A model generated the notes under the pieces. That model made no database searches, had not been told where the DNA came from, and was given only the letters and a program-made list of their open reading frames with translations. Positions 8,857-18,576 of a DNA stretch of 64,000 bases are shown here, one piece after another; position 1 is the first letter of the stretch, and each line of letters starts with the position of its first letter. The DNA comes from Pseudomonadota bacterium (GTDB lineage: Bacteria > Pseudomonadota > Gammaproteobacteria > Pseudomonadales > JADFDG01): assembly GCA_049323295.1 (NCBI GenBank), contig JBMOON010000040.1, positions 79,074 through 143,073 on the forward strand, in the 5' to 3' direction. The translations under genes were made by a program, and so were the position numbers.

Positions 8857-10105
8857 TGCGCAGGTCGATGTCGTCATCGTGGGCGGCGGCATGGTGGGCG
8901 CGGCGCTCGCGGCCGCCCTGGCGCCGACGAAACTGTCGATCCGGGTGTTCGACGCCGAGCCGCCGGCAACGGCCATCGCAGCCGCGGCTGCGGGGGTCGA
9001 CGATGTCGAGCCGCGCGTCAGTGCCCTCACGCATGCAACGCAGGCCCTGCTGCAGCGGACCGGCGCCTGGCAGCACCTGTCGCCGGCGCGCCTTTGCGCC
9101 TACGAGCGAATGGAAGTCTGGGACGCCGACGGCACCGGCGCCGTTCATTTCGATGCCGCCGACACCGGAACCGCGGCGCTCGGCTGGATCGTCGAGAACC
9201 GGCAGCTGGCGGCTGCCCTGCAGCAGGCATGTCGCGCGCACGCGAACATCGACTGGCGCGCGCCGGCAAGAATGACATCGCTGGCCCGCCGTGGCGGGCG
9301 CTGGCAGATCGGTACTGCGGACGGCACGGTCACCGAAGCGAAATTGCTGGTTGGCGCCGACGGCGCCCGGTCGCGCGTGCGCGAGGAGCTGGAATTCCAT
9401 ACCCGCGAGCACGATTACCGGCATCGCGCGATCGTTGCCACCGTGGAAACGGAGTTGCCGCACGACGGTTGCGCGCGACAGCGCTTCATGGACAGCGGCC
9501 CGCTGGCTTTCCTGCCGCTGGCGGGGCGTCGCGACCGTCTGTGCTCGGTCGTCTGGTCGACCGGGCCGGAGGAAGCGGAGCGCCTGCTGGCGCTCGACGA
9601 TGCGGCTTTCGCCGCCGCAATCGGCCATGCGCTGGAAGATCGTCTCGGCGGCATCGTTGCCGTTTCGCGGCGGAGCGCGTTTCCGCTCATCGAACAGCAT
9701 GCCGACCGGTACGTGAAGGACAATGCAGTGCTGGTCGGCGACGCGGCCCACACCGTACATCCGCTGGCGGGGCAGGGCGTGAACCTCGGCTTCCTTGATG
9801 CGGCGACGCTGGCGGAAGAAATCGCGCGCAATATCGAGCGCGGCCTCCGCTTCGACGAGCCGCTGGCCCTGCGCCGCTATGAGCGGCGGCGGAAGCTGCA
9901 CAACACGCTGATGCAGAAATCGTTCGCCGGCTTCAAGGCGCTGTTCGGGAACCGGGCACTGCCGGTGCGCTGGCTGCGCAACACCGGCATGGCGATGCTC
10001 GACGGCGCGCCGCCGCTGAAGGTACTGGCGGCCCGCCAGGCCATGGGCCTGGACGGCGACCTCCCGGCCCTCTGCCGCCCGCCGCTGCGCGGCGCCGGGC
10101 TCTAG
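8846..10105 (+). CDS. ubiI: UbiH/UbiF/VisC/COQ6-family ubiquinone hydroxylase (UbiI by synteny)
   Basis: VDVVIVGGGMVGAALA FAD motif and GDAAHTVHPLAGQGVNLG. GTG 8846 is preceded by GGGAGG 8 nt upstream. The track start 8822 is the alternative. Overlaps the ubiH stop. Confidence 0.8.
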   Translation: MPVDAQVDVVIVGGGMVGAALAAALAPTKLSIRVFDAEPPATAIAAAAAGVDDVEPRVSALTHATQALLQRTGAWQHLSPARLCAYERMEVWDADGTGAVHFDAADTGTAALGWIVENRQLAAALQQACRAHANIDWRAPARMTSLARRGGRWQIGTADGTVTEAKLLVGADGARSRVREELEFHTREHDYRHRAIVATVETELPHDGCARQRFMDSGPLAFLPLAGRRDRLCSVVWSTGPEEAERLLALDDAAFAAAIGHALEDRLGGIVAVSRRSAFPLIEQHADRYVKDNAVLVGDAAHTVHPLAGQGVNLGFLDAATLAEEIARNIERGLRFDEPLALRRYERRRKLHNTLMQKSFAGFKALFGNRALPVRWLRNTGMAMLDGAPPLKVLAARQAMGLDGDLPALCRPPLRGAGL

Positions 10106-10297
10106 ACCCCCGGTCGGGGCGGTCTCCCCCGGTCCTGCTTCTCAGGAACCTCTGCCCCGGCGCGGCCGGGTGATGTGCGGATATCCCGAACGATGCGTGA
10201 GGGATGCAGTACATCACCCGGGACAGCCGGCGGCACTCCCGTTCCGTTGTAGAATGCCGACCTTCCCGCAACACCCCCGATCCGGCGCATTCCTCTC

Positions 10298-11377
10298 ATG
10301 GGCCATCGCACCCCGTTGTACGAACAGCACCTGGCCGCCGGCGCGAAGATGGTCGACTTCGGCGGCTGGGACATGCCGATCAATTACGGCTCGCAGATCG
10401 CCGAACACCGGCAGGTGCGCAGCGCGGCCGGCGTGTTCGACGTCTCGCACATGACCGTGGTCGATGTCGGCGGCACCGGCGCCCGCGATTTCCTGCGCCG
10501 CCTGCTGGCCAACGACGTCGACCGCCTGGCGAAGAACGGCAAGGCGCTGTACTCGGTGATGTGCCGTCCCGACGGCGGCGTGATCGACGACCTGATCGTC
10601 TATCGCACCGATCCGGGCTATCGCCTGGTGGTCAATTGCGGTACCCGCGAAAAGGACCTGGCCTGGCTGGCGCAACAGTCGCAGGGTTTTGCCGTCGACA
10701 TCCGCGAGCGTGCCGATCTGGCCATGCTGGCGATCCAGGGCCCGCAGGCGCTGGACAAGCTGTGCACGCTGCTGCCGCATGCGACGGCGCTGATCCGCTC
10801 GCTGGAATATTTCGAGGGCCAGCCGCACAACGACTGGTTCATCGCCCGCACCGGCTATACCGGCGAGGACGGCGTGGAGATCATCCTCCCGAACGAAGAC
10901 GTCGTTGCCTTCTGGAACGATCTGCTTGCCGCCGGCGTGGCACCCGCCGGCCTCGGCGCGCGCGACACGCTGCGCCTGGAAGCCGGCATGAACCTGTACG
11001 GCAACGACATGGACGAGTCGGTGAATCCGCTCGAATCCGGTCTCGGCTGGACCCTGGCCTGGGAGCCGAAGGAGCGCGACTTCATCGGCCGCGCCGCCCT
11101 GGAACCGCTGCGCGGCAAGAGCGCGCGCAAGCTGGTCGGCCTCGTCATGACGGACAAGGGCGTGCTGCGCGGCCACCAGAAAGTGGTGGTCGACGGCGTT
11201 GGCGAAGGCGAGATCACCAGCGGTACGTTTTCGCCGACGCTCGACTACAGCATCGCGCTGGCGCGGGTGCCGGCGGCGACCGGCGGCACGGCGAAAGTCG
11301 ACCTGCGCGGCAGGCTGGTGGATGTGCGGGTGGTCAGACCGCCGTTCGTGCGTCACGGCAAGCAGGTGTTTTCCTGA
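10298..11377 (+). CDS. gcvT: glycine cleavage system aminomethyltransferase
   Basis: 359-aa [40 protein letters not shown]..., a canonical GcvT. Confidence 0.95.
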   Translation: MGHRTPLYEQHLAAGAKMVDFGGWDMPINYGSQIAEHRQVRSAAGVFDVSHMTVVDVGGTGARDFLRRLLANDVDRLAKNGKALYSVMCRPDGGVIDDLIVYRTDPGYRLVVNCGTREKDLAWLAQQSQGFAVDIRERADLAMLAIQGPQALDKLCTLLPHATALIRSLEYFEGQPHNDWFIARTGYTGEDGVEIILPNEDVVAFWNDLLAAGVAPAGLGARDTLRLEAGMNLYGNDMDESVNPLESGLGWTLAWEPKERDFIGRAALEPLRGKSARKLVGLVMTDKGVLRGHQKVVVDGVGEGEITSGTFSPTLDYSIALARVPAATGGTAKVDLRGRLVDVRVVRPPFVRHGKQVFS

Positions 11378-11383
11378 GCGTCT

Positions 11384-11411
11384 CCGGCCCGGATTCTCCG
11401 GCCGGTTTTTT
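11384..11411 (+). terminator. terminator-like hairpin between gcvT and gcvH (possible intra-operon attenuator)
   Basis: CCGGCC (11384-11389) pairs with GGCCGG (11400-11405) and is followed by T6 (11406-11411). The stem is only 6 bp, so this is weak. Confidence 0.3.
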
Positions 11412-11434
11412 CTGGTTTTGAAAGGAGAAGGACG

Positions 11435-11821
11435 ATGAGCGACATTCCGGGCAACCTCCGTTACGCGAAAACCCACGAGTGGATTCGCCTCGAAGGTGAC
11501 GGTACCGCCACCGTCGGCATCACCGACCACGCACAGGACGCCATGGGCGACCTCGTTTACGTGCAGCTGCCGGAAACCGGCGAGCTGAAGACGGCGGGTG
11601 ACGAAACCGGCGTCGTCGAATCGGTGAAGGCGGCGTCCGACATCTACGCGCCCGTCGATGGCGAGGTGATCGAGGTGAATACCCAGCTCGAGGACACGCC
11701 GGAACTCGTCAACGAGGATCCGTACGGCCGCGGCTGGTTGTTCAAACTCAAGGTGAACGACCCGCAACAGGTCGAGGATCTGCTCACCGCCGACCAATAC
11801 CAGGCGCAGATCGACGCCTGA
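11435..11821 (+). CDS. gcvH: glycine cleavage system H protein
   Basis: 128-aa ORF with the lipoyl-lysine motif ...[19 protein letters not shown] Shine-Dalgarno upstream. Confidence 0.95.
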   Translation: MSDIPGNLRYAKTHEWIRLEGDGTATVGITDHAQDAMGDLVYVQLPETGELKTAGDETGVVESVKAASDIYAPVDGEVIEVNTQLEDTPELVNEDPYGRGWLFKLKVNDPQQVEDLLTADQYQAQIDA

Positions 11822-11879
11822 GCCGCAGCAGCACACCGGCGGCGCCTGCGGGCGCCGCTTTCACATACGGACCCCTGCC

Positions 11880-13238
11880 ATGCCCTTCGTCCCGCATACA
11901 CCCGATGATGTCTCCGCGATGCTCGACGCCATCGGCGTCAAGAACATCGACGGCATTTTCGACGAGATTCCCGCCCGCATCCGTGCCGAAGGGCTGAAGC
12001 AGACGCCGGAAGGCCTGTCGGAAATGGCGGTGACGCGCCTGATGCGCGAGCGTGCGGCGCGCGACGAAGGCCTCACCTGCTTCCTCGGCGCCGGCGCCTA
12101 CGAGCACCACGTGCCGGCCGCCGTCTGGGAAATCGCCACCCGCGGCGAGTTCTACACGGCCTACACGCCGTACCAGGCGGAGGCGAGCCAGGGCACGCTG
12201 CAGGTCATCTACGAATACCAGTCGATGATGGCGCATCTCACCGGCATGGATGTGTCGAACGCTTCCGTCTATGACGGCGGCTCGGGGCTCTCTGAAGCGG
12301 TGCTGATGGCGGTGCGCGCCAGCCGCAAGTCGAAATCGAAGCAGGTGCTGGTGCTGGGTGCGTTGAATCCGCGCTGGAAGAAAGCCTGCGACGCCATTGT
12401 TTCCAACCAGGATGTCAGTCTCGTCGAAGTGCCGTTCGACGCGAAGACCGGCGTCACCGCACTGGCGAAACTGCAGGAGTTCGCCGGCCGGGATTTCGCC
12501 GGCATTGTCGTTGCGCAGCCGAACTTCTTCGGTCGGCTGGAAGACGTGGATGCGATCACCGATTTCGCGCACGCGCAGGGCTGGCTGGTGATCGGCGCCG
12601 TGAATCCGACGTCGCTGGCCATTCTCAAGGCTCCGGGACAATGGGGCGCGAAGGGTGCCGACATCGTGATCGGCGACGGCCAGCCGTTGGGCATTCCGCT
12701 GGCGTCCGGCGGCCCGTATTTCGGTTTCCTGTGCTGCAAGATGGACATCGTGCGCAACATGCCGGGGCGCATCATCGGCCGCACCGTCGATCTCGAAGGA
12801 AAGCCCGGTTTCGTGCTCACCCTGCAGGCGCGCGAACAGCACATCCGCCGCGCCAAGGCGACGAGCAACATCTGCACCAACCAGGGCCTGGCGATGACTG
12901 CCGCCACCGTCTACATGAGCCTGATGGGCCCGAACGGGCTGGCGGAAGTGGCGACACTGTCGCACGTCAACACGAAGAAGACCGTGGCGGCGCTCACCAC
13001 GGTCAAGGGCGTGACGAAAGTGTTCGACGGTCCGTTCTTCCACGAGGCGGTTGTCCGCCTGCCGAAGGACGCTGCCGGCGTGCTGGCGCAGCTGGCCGAC
13101 CGCGGCGTGCTCGGTGGTTACGATCTGGGCCGCGACTTCCCGCAGCTGAAGGACTGCGTGCTGGTCTGCGCCACCGAGACGCGCACCGACATCGATATGG
13201 AAAAATACCGTGCCGCGCTCGCCGCGGTTCTGGCCTGA
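11880..13238 (+). CDS. gcvPA: glycine dehydrogenase (aminomethyl-transferring) subunit 1
   Basis: 452-aa ORF. Split P-protein N-terminal subunit (…YTPYQAEASQGTLQ…). Confidence 0.95.
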   Translation: MPFVPHTPDDVSAMLDAIGVKNIDGIFDEIPARIRAEGLKQTPEGLSEMAVTRLMRERAARDEGLTCFLGAGAYEHHVPAAVWEIATRGEFYTAYTPYQAEASQGTLQVIYEYQSMMAHLTGMDVSNASVYDGGSGLSEAVLMAVRASRKSKSKQVLVLGALNPRWKKACDAIVSNQDVSLVEVPFDAKTGVTALAKLQEFAGRDFAGIVVAQPNFFGRLEDVDAITDFAHAQGWLVIGAVNPTSLAILKAPGQWGAKGADIVIGDGQPLGIPLASGGPYFGFLCCKMDIVRNMPGRIIGRTVDLEGKPGFVLTLQAREQHIRRAKATSNICTNQGLAMTAATVYMSLMGPNGLAEVATLSHVNTKKTVAALTTVKGVTKVFDGPFFHEAVVRLPKDAAGVLAQLADRGVLGGYDLGRDFPQLKDCVLVCATETRTDIDMEKYRAALAAVLA

Positions 13239-13250
13239 GGAGCGGTGGCG

Positions 13251-14768
13251 ATGAACATGCCGACCAACGAGAACTTCTCCGACACCATTCCGGCCACGAA
13301 GCTGATCTTCGAGCGTTCCTCCCCGGGCCGTCGCGCGCACGCGCAGTCGCCGGGCGCGATCGCGGCCGACGATCTGGCCGACATCCCGGCCGGCCTGCTG
13401 CGCGCGCAGAAGCCGCTGCTGCCGGAAGTGTCCGAAATGCAGGTGGTGCGCCACTACACCAACCTGTCGACGCGCAATTTCGCGATCGACAAGCAGTTCT
13501 ACCCGCTGGGTTCCTGCACCATGAAATACAACCCGCGCGGAGCGAACCGTGCAGCGATGCTGCCGGGCTTTATCGGCCGCCACCCGCTGGCGCCGGAGTC
13601 GCATTCGCAGGGCTTCCTCGCCTGTCTGTACGAGCTGCAGGAAATCCTCAAGGACGTCACCGGCATGAAGGGCGTCTCGCTGACGCCGATGGCGGGCGCG
13701 CAGGGTGAATTTGCCGGCATCGCGATGATTCGCGCCTACCATGACGCGCGCGGCGATCATGCGCGGCGGGAGATCATCGTGCCGGCCGCGGCGCACGGCA
13801 CCAACCCGGCCACCGCCGTGATGTGCGGTTATTCGGTGCGCGAGATCCCGGTAACGGCTGAAGGCGATGTCGACCTCGATGCGCTGATTGCCGCCGTGGG
13901 TCCGCACACCGCCGGCCTGATGATGACCAACCCGTCCACCGTGGGCGTTTTCGAACGGCAGATCGACCGGATCGCGAAAGTCGTGCATGACGCCGGCGGC
14001 CTGCTCTACTACGACGGGGCCAACCTCAACGCGATTCTCGGCAAGGTGCGTCCGGGCGACATGGGCTTCGACGTGCTGCACATGAACCTGCACAAGACTT
14101 TCGCCACGCCGCACGGCGGCGGCGGTCCGGGCGCGGGCCCGGTGGGCGTTGGCGAGCGACTGCTGCCGTTCCTGCCGACGCCGATCGTCGGTCGCGATGG
14201 TGAAGGCGAGCAGGCGAAATACCGCTGGCTCACCGAGAAAGACCTGCCGCAGACCATCGGCCCGATGTCCGCGTTCATGGGCAATGCCGGCGTGCTGCTG
14301 CGCGCGTTCTTCTATGCGCGCGTGCTGGGCCGCGAAGGCATGCACCGCGTCGGCGAATATTCCGCGCTCAACGCCAACTACCTGATGGCAAGGCTGGAGA
14401 AGGCCGGATTCGAGATGGCGTACCCGACGCGTCGCGCCAGCCACGAGTTCATCGTCACTTTCGCGAAGCTGGCGAAGGAGCACGGCATCACCGCGATGGA
14501 CGTCGCCAAACGCCTGCTCGACTACGGCTTCCACGCGCCGACCACCTACTTCCCGCTGCTGGTCCCCGAGTGCCACCTCATCGAGCCGACGGAAACGGAA
14601 TCGAAGGACGAGCTCGATGCCTTTGCCGCGGTGCTGGAGAAGATCGTCGAGGAAGCGAAAACGCAACCGGACCTGGTGAAGGGCGCGCCCTGGACCATGC
14701 CGGTGCGTCGCCTCGATGACGTGCGCGCGGCACGCGAGCTGGATCTGGTGTGGAAGCCGGCGGGCTGA
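13251..14768 (+). CDS. gcvPB: glycine dehydrogenase (aminomethyl-transferring) subunit 2
   Basis: PLP-lysine region ...[21 protein letters not shown] 13251 has GAGGAG 8 nt upstream. The track GTG 13245 is the alternative. Confidence 0.95.
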   Translation: MNMPTNENFSDTIPATKLIFERSSPGRRAHAQSPGAIAADDLADIPAGLLRAQKPLLPEVSEMQVVRHYTNLSTRNFAIDKQFYPLGSCTMKYNPRGANRAAMLPGFIGRHPLAPESHSQGFLACLYELQEILKDVTGMKGVSLTPMAGAQGEFAGIAMIRAYHDARGDHARREIIVPAAAHGTNPATAVMCGYSVREIPVTAEGDVDLDALIAAVGPHTAGLMMTNPSTVGVFERQIDRIAKVVHDAGGLLYYDGANLNAILGKVRPGDMGFDVLHMNLHKTFATPHGGGGPGAGPVGVGERLLPFLPTPIVGRDGEGEQAKYRWLTEKDLPQTIGPMSAFMGNAGVLLRAFFYARVLGREGMHRVGEYSALNANYLMARLEKAGFEMAYPTRRASHEFIVTFAKLAKEHGITAMDVAKRLLDYGFHAPTTYFPLLVPECHLIEPTETESKDELDAFAAVLEKIVEEAKTQPDLVKGAPWTMPVRRLDDVRAARELDLVWKPAG

Positions 14769-14786
14769 TCCGGCGCGCGGAATGAC

Positions 14787-15416
14787 GTGACGCAAGGCAA
14801 CCTGCTGTCGCAGCCGGAAGAAATCTTCCCCGATCTCTGGCTGTTGCCGCAGTTCACTTCGGCGCGTGATCTGCGGGACGACCTGCAGCGCATCGCGCAG
14901 GTTGCGCCGTTCCGCCACATGATGACGCACACCGGATATCCGACGGCGGCGGCGATGACCAACTGCGGCGACGTCGGCTGGACCTCGGAAGCCGGCGGCT
15001 ATTTCTATCGCGAGCGCGATCCGCAGAGCGGCAAACCCTGGCCGGCGATGCCGCACGCATGGCGCGAACTGGCGCAGCGCGCGGCAGCGATCGCCGGTTA
15101 CGCGGACTACGACCCCGACATCTGCCTGGTGAACCAGTATGCCGTCGGTGCCGGCATGGGCCGGCACGTGGACAACAGCGAGCGGGATTTCTCGCAGCCG
15201 ATCGTATCGGTGTCGCTGGGGCTGCCGACGAATTTTTCCTGGTGGGGCCGCGAGCCGTCCGGCGCCGGCCGCAACCTGCTGCTGCAGGACGGCGACGTGC
15301 TGGTGTGGGGGCGCAGTGCACGGCTCGGTTACCACGCGGTGCGGCCGCTGCCGGCGGGCACGCATCCGGTGTGCGGCGCGTTCCGCTACAACCTCACGTT
15401 CCGCCGGGCACGCTGA
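14787..15416 (+). CDS. alkB: Fe(II)/2-oxoglutarate-dependent DNA/RNA dealkylase AlkB
   Basis: GTG start. HxD (GRHVDNSE), distal His (LGYHAV) and RYNLTFRRA motifs of AlkB. This is the repair enzyme, not an alkane hydroxylase. Confidence 0.9.
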   Translation: MTQGNLLSQPEEIFPDLWLLPQFTSARDLRDDLQRIAQVAPFRHMMTHTGYPTAAAMTNCGDVGWTSEAGGYFYRERDPQSGKPWPAMPHAWRELAQRAAAIAGYADYDPDICLVNQYAVGAGMGRHVDNSERDFSQPIVSVSLGLPTNFSWWGREPSGAGRNLLLQDGDVLVWGRSARLGYHAVRPLPAGTHPVCGAFRYNLTFRRAR

Positions 15417-15579
15417 CGCGCGCCACCCGGCAGGGCGCCGGCAGACATCCTTTCGGCGATTCCGGACCGTCCGTCGACCGGCCGGCGGTTTGTGAACGGT
15501 GCCGCGCTGTACGGCGTGAGCGGCGGGCTATGCTCCTTCGGCGTTTTCATCCTTTCGAATCCATGACGGAGTCTGCCCC

Positions 15580-15870
15580 ATGAAATACGTCGTATCCGCC
15601 GCTGCCGCGCTCGCGTTGTCCGTTGGCGCTGCGCCGGCCCTGGCCGCCGGCACACCCTGCGGGGAGGTGGTGGCGAAAATCGCCGAGAAACTCGATGCAA
15701 AAGGCGTGGTCGGCTACTCGCTGACGCCGGTACCGAAGGATCAGGAAGTCACCGACGGCAAACAGGTCGGTGTCTGCGAAGCCGGCACGATGAAGATCAT
15801 CTACGTGCGCGGTGGTTCCGCGCCGGCACCGGCACCGGCCGCCGCCGCCGAGGCGCCGCCGGCGCAGTAA
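15580..15870 (+). CDS. DUF1161-family small periplasmic protein
   Basis: Signal peptide MKYVVSAAAALALSVGAAPALAAG. Two-Cys pattern C...GKQVGVCEAGTMKIIYVR typical of DUF1161. Pro/Ala-rich tail. Confidence 0.7.
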   Translation: MKYVVSAAAALALSVGAAPALAAGTPCGEVVAKIAEKLDAKGVVGYSLTPVPKDQEVTDGKQVGVCEAGTMKIIYVRGGSAPAPAPAAAAEAPPAQ

Positions 15871-15888
15871 TAAGCCGCCGGTCGCAGC

Positions 15889-15914
15889 CATGGCCGCCGG
15901 TAACGGCGGCCATG
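15889..15914 (+). terminator. hairpin downstream of the DUF1161 gene
   Basis: Perfect 11-bp stem catggccgccg / cggcggccatg with a GTAA loop, followed by tcgttt (weak U-tract). Confidence 0.45.
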
Positions 15915-15974
15915 TCGTTTCCGGGCACTCCTTGATTCCCCGGGCGCACGTTCCCTTCACCGACGGAGTGGTCC

Positions 15975-16385
15975 ATGGCACGCATGTCGCTCGTTCTCTG
16001 GCTGCTGTTGTTCGTCTTCGCCGGCTACAAGCTGCACCTGTACTGGAGCGATACGCTGTTCTCCGCTGCCGGGCCGCTCGCTGCCGGCAAATACGCGGTC
16101 TGGGCCGCGCTGATCGCCTTCGTCGCCTACTCGCTGTACTGCAGCGCAAAGGAAGACCTGTTCGCCACGATCGGCAGGCTGGCGGAATGGCACTGGGGAA
16201 GGCAGATCGGCATCGATCTGTATCTCGGTCTCGGCCTGACCCTGTTCTTCATTTACCTGCACACCGGCTCGCTGCTGACGCTGGCCGTCTGGCTGGTGCC
16301 GGTGCTGGTGTACGGCAACATCGCCACTTTGCTGTACGTGGCCCTGAACTACGACTCCCTGGTGGCGCGCTTCCTGGCAGGTTGA
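15975..16385 (+). CDS. hypothetical integral membrane protein (about 4 TM helices)
   Basis: 136-aa ORF dominated by hydrophobic helices (LVLWLLLFVFAGY..., VWAALIAFVAYSLY..., LGLGLTLFFIYL..., LAVWLVPVLVYGNIATLLYVAL). I do not recognise a family. Confidence 0.6.
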   Translation: MARMSLVLWLLLFVFAGYKLHLYWSDTLFSAAGPLAAGKYAVWAALIAFVAYSLYCSAKEDLFATIGRLAEWHWGRQIGIDLYLGLGLTLFFIYLHTGSLLTLAVWLVPVLVYGNIATLLYVALNYDSLVARFLAG

Positions 16386-16525
16386 GGGTGCGGGGCCGGC
16401 TCGCCAAGGGGCGCCGCATGGGCCCTCATGGCCTCTCATGACAAGGGGTAGACCCCGCTGGCACTGGGGCGCTTCGGGCTGACCCCCTAAGGTCGGGTGC
16501 GTCTGCTGGTCATTCCGGAGTCCGC

Positions 16526-17464
16526 ATGTCTGCCGCTGCCCAGGTCAACGCCGACCTGCCCGTTACCGCCGCCGGCAAGGAACGCCGCCAACACCCGACA
16601 CCCGCCGCCGTCGCGCCCCTGCGCCACCGCCGCACGCAGTTCGAGTTCACCGATGTACCCCGCTACTGGGCGGACGGCGATGCCTTTTTCTCCCGTTTCA
16701 TCGACGCGCTGTCCATCAACTTCCCGGACGGCGAGCGCTTCTTCATGGATTCGGTGCGCCGCTTCGAGAAGCAGGTGCAGGATCCGAAGCTGCTGGAAGA
16801 CATCCGCACCTTCATCCGCCAGGAAGCGCAGCACGGCTTCGCGCACGAGCAGTTCAACGCGCACATCCAGGCGCAGGGCGTGCGTGCCGACCGCGTGGTG
16901 AAAATCCTGAAAAAGCAGAAAGCCTGGGCGCAGCGCAAGCTGTCGCCAAAATGGCAGCTGGCGTTCACCGCCGCCGCCGAGCACCTCACCGCCACGCTGG
17001 GCGAAGGCATGCTGGAATTGATGCCGGAACGCCTGCGCACCGCGCACCCGGAAATGCGCGCGCTGTATTTCTGGCACGCGGTGGAAGAGGTCGAGCACAA
17101 GGCCGTGGCGTTCGACACCTACCGGCAGGCCACTGACGGCGGCTACACCGAGCGTGCGGTGGCGATGGTGGTCTTCACGCTGTGGCTGCACGTCAAGGTC
17201 GCCGAGATCATGACGCATGCCTTCCGCGTCGACGGCATTTCCGGCGACCGGACAATGATCGCCCGCGGCATCTGGAATCTTTACGGCCCGCGCGGATTCC
17301 TGACTCGCCTGCTGCCGCGCTACCTGGCCTGGTTCAAACCGGGCTTCCATCCGTTCGACACCACGCTGCCGCCGCTGGCACAGGCGTGGATCGACGAATA
17401 CGAAAAGCATCACGACCCGATCCGTGCCTGTGCCGTGGCCTACGGCGAACGGCCGGCGCTCTGA
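16526..17464 (+). CDS. PF10118-type 'predicted metal-dependent hydrolase', paralog 1
   Basis: 312-aa ORF. Shared family blocks FPDGERFFMDSVRRF, FIRQEAQHGFAHEQF and WHAVEEVEHKAVAFDTY (two ExxH motifs). Confidence 0.8.
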   Translation: MSAAAQVNADLPVTAAGKERRQHPTPAAVAPLRHRRTQFEFTDVPRYWADGDAFFSRFIDALSINFPDGERFFMDSVRRFEKQVQDPKLLEDIRTFIRQEAQHGFAHEQFNAHIQAQGVRADRVVKILKKQKAWAQRKLSPKWQLAFTAAAEHLTATLGEGMLELMPERLRTAHPEMRALYFWHAVEEVEHKAVAFDTYRQATDGGYTERAVAMVVFTLWLHVKVAEIMTHAFRVDGISGDRTMIARGIWNLYGPRGFLTRLLPRYLAWFKPGFHPFDTTLPPLAQAWIDEYEKHHDPIRACAVAYGERPAL

Positions 17465-17510
17465 ATGTCGCAACATCCGCAGCAGACCAACAAGAACAAC
17501 GGAACCGACC

Positions 17511-18482
17511 ATGGGCGCTGAACAGGCTTTCCTGACCGAGATCGGCAGTGCGTATCTGGCGCGTGCACAGGCGCCGCATCCCCGTGACCTGCTCCGCTTC
17601 AAGCCGTCCGGCCTGGCGTGGCCCTTCCTGCGCGACATGCAGGGTCTGGTCGCAGGACTGCAGAAGCGTACCGTCGAAGTCGACGGCCAGCAGATGACCT
17701 GGCTCGAAGGTGGCACGCCGGGCGCCACGCCGGTCGTGCTGCTGCACGGTTTTGCCGCCAGCAAGGAAAACTGGCTGCCGCTGCTGCCGTTTCTCGGCGG
17801 CCATCGTCTGCTGATTCCTGATCTGCCGGGCTGGGGCGAAAGCGAATTCCGCTACGACAAGCCGTACGGCATCGATCACCAGGTCGAGCGGCTGGCGCAC
17901 TGGCTCGAACAGGCCGCGCCGGCCGGCGCGCATCTGGTCGGCAGTTCGATGGGCGGCGCCATCGCCGGTTTCCTGGCGGCGCGTCATCCGCAGCTCGCGC
18001 AGTCGCTGACGCTGATGAACGCCGCCGGCGTGCGCGGCAGCGAAGCCAGCGAGTTCGAGCGCCGCTTGATGGAGGGCGAGAACCTGCTGGTGACGCACAG
18101 CATGGCCGACGTGTTCCGTCTGTTCACGCTGGTGACCGAACGCAACCGCCACATGCTGGCGGCGACGCTGACGCCGGTGATGGGCGGCCAGATGCTGGCG
18201 CGCCGGCACGTGAACGCGCACCTGTTCCACCAGCTGATCGAACACGCACCGCGTGAAGACCGGCCGGGTATCGCCACCGTCGTCGCGCCGACGCTGGTGC
18301 TGTGGGGCGACCAGGACCGCGTGCTGCACGTGTCCTGCGCCGAGACCTTCCGTTCGCTGATCCCGCATGCGCAGGTCACCCGTCTGCGCGGCATCGGTCA
18401 CCTGCCGATGCTCGAAGTGCCGGCCGTCACCGCCCGCTGCCTGCAGCGTTTCTGGCGTGCGCCGGTCGCCGCCGTCGCCTGA
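17511..18482 (+). CDS. alpha/beta-fold hydrolase
   Basis: Trimmed to ATG 17511. HGF oxyanion region (VVLLHGFAASKENW), nucleophile elbow GSSMGG, and distal His (GIGHLPMLE). Confidence 0.85.
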   Translation: MGAEQAFLTEIGSAYLARAQAPHPRDLLRFKPSGLAWPFLRDMQGLVAGLQKRTVEVDGQQMTWLEGGTPGATPVVLLHGFAASKENWLPLLPFLGGHRLLIPDLPGWGESEFRYDKPYGIDHQVERLAHWLEQAAPAGAHLVGSSMGGAIAGFLAARHPQLAQSLTLMNAAGVRGSEASEFERRLMEGENLLVTHSMADVFRLFTLVTERNRHMLAATLTPVMGGQMLARRHVNAHLFHQLIEHAPREDRPGIATVVAPTLVLWGDQDRVLHVSCAETFRSLIPHAQVTRLRGIGHLPMLEVPAVTARCLQRFWRAPVAAVA

Positions 18483-18576
18483 GCGGACACGTCGTCCGGG
18501 ACAAGACAATGGTCGCCGGCAGGGGCACCATGGGACACCTGCCGGTGCATCGTGACGGCGGAATCCGGGGTGCCCC

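Noticed and set aside
10106-10297. Glycine riboswitch upstream of gcvT
   Set aside because: It is expected by analogy with many bacteria, but none of the conserved aptamer core strings is visible on the plus strand. A covariance-model scan is needed for certainty.
11784-15365. 1193-aa ORF on the minus strand spanning the whole gcvPA/gcvPB/alkB region
   Set aside because: It is antisense to three well-supported genes. The translation is Arg/Ala/Gly/His-rich and low-complexity, with no recognisable domain. This is the classic shadow ORF of high-GC DNA, where stop codons are rare in the antisense frame.
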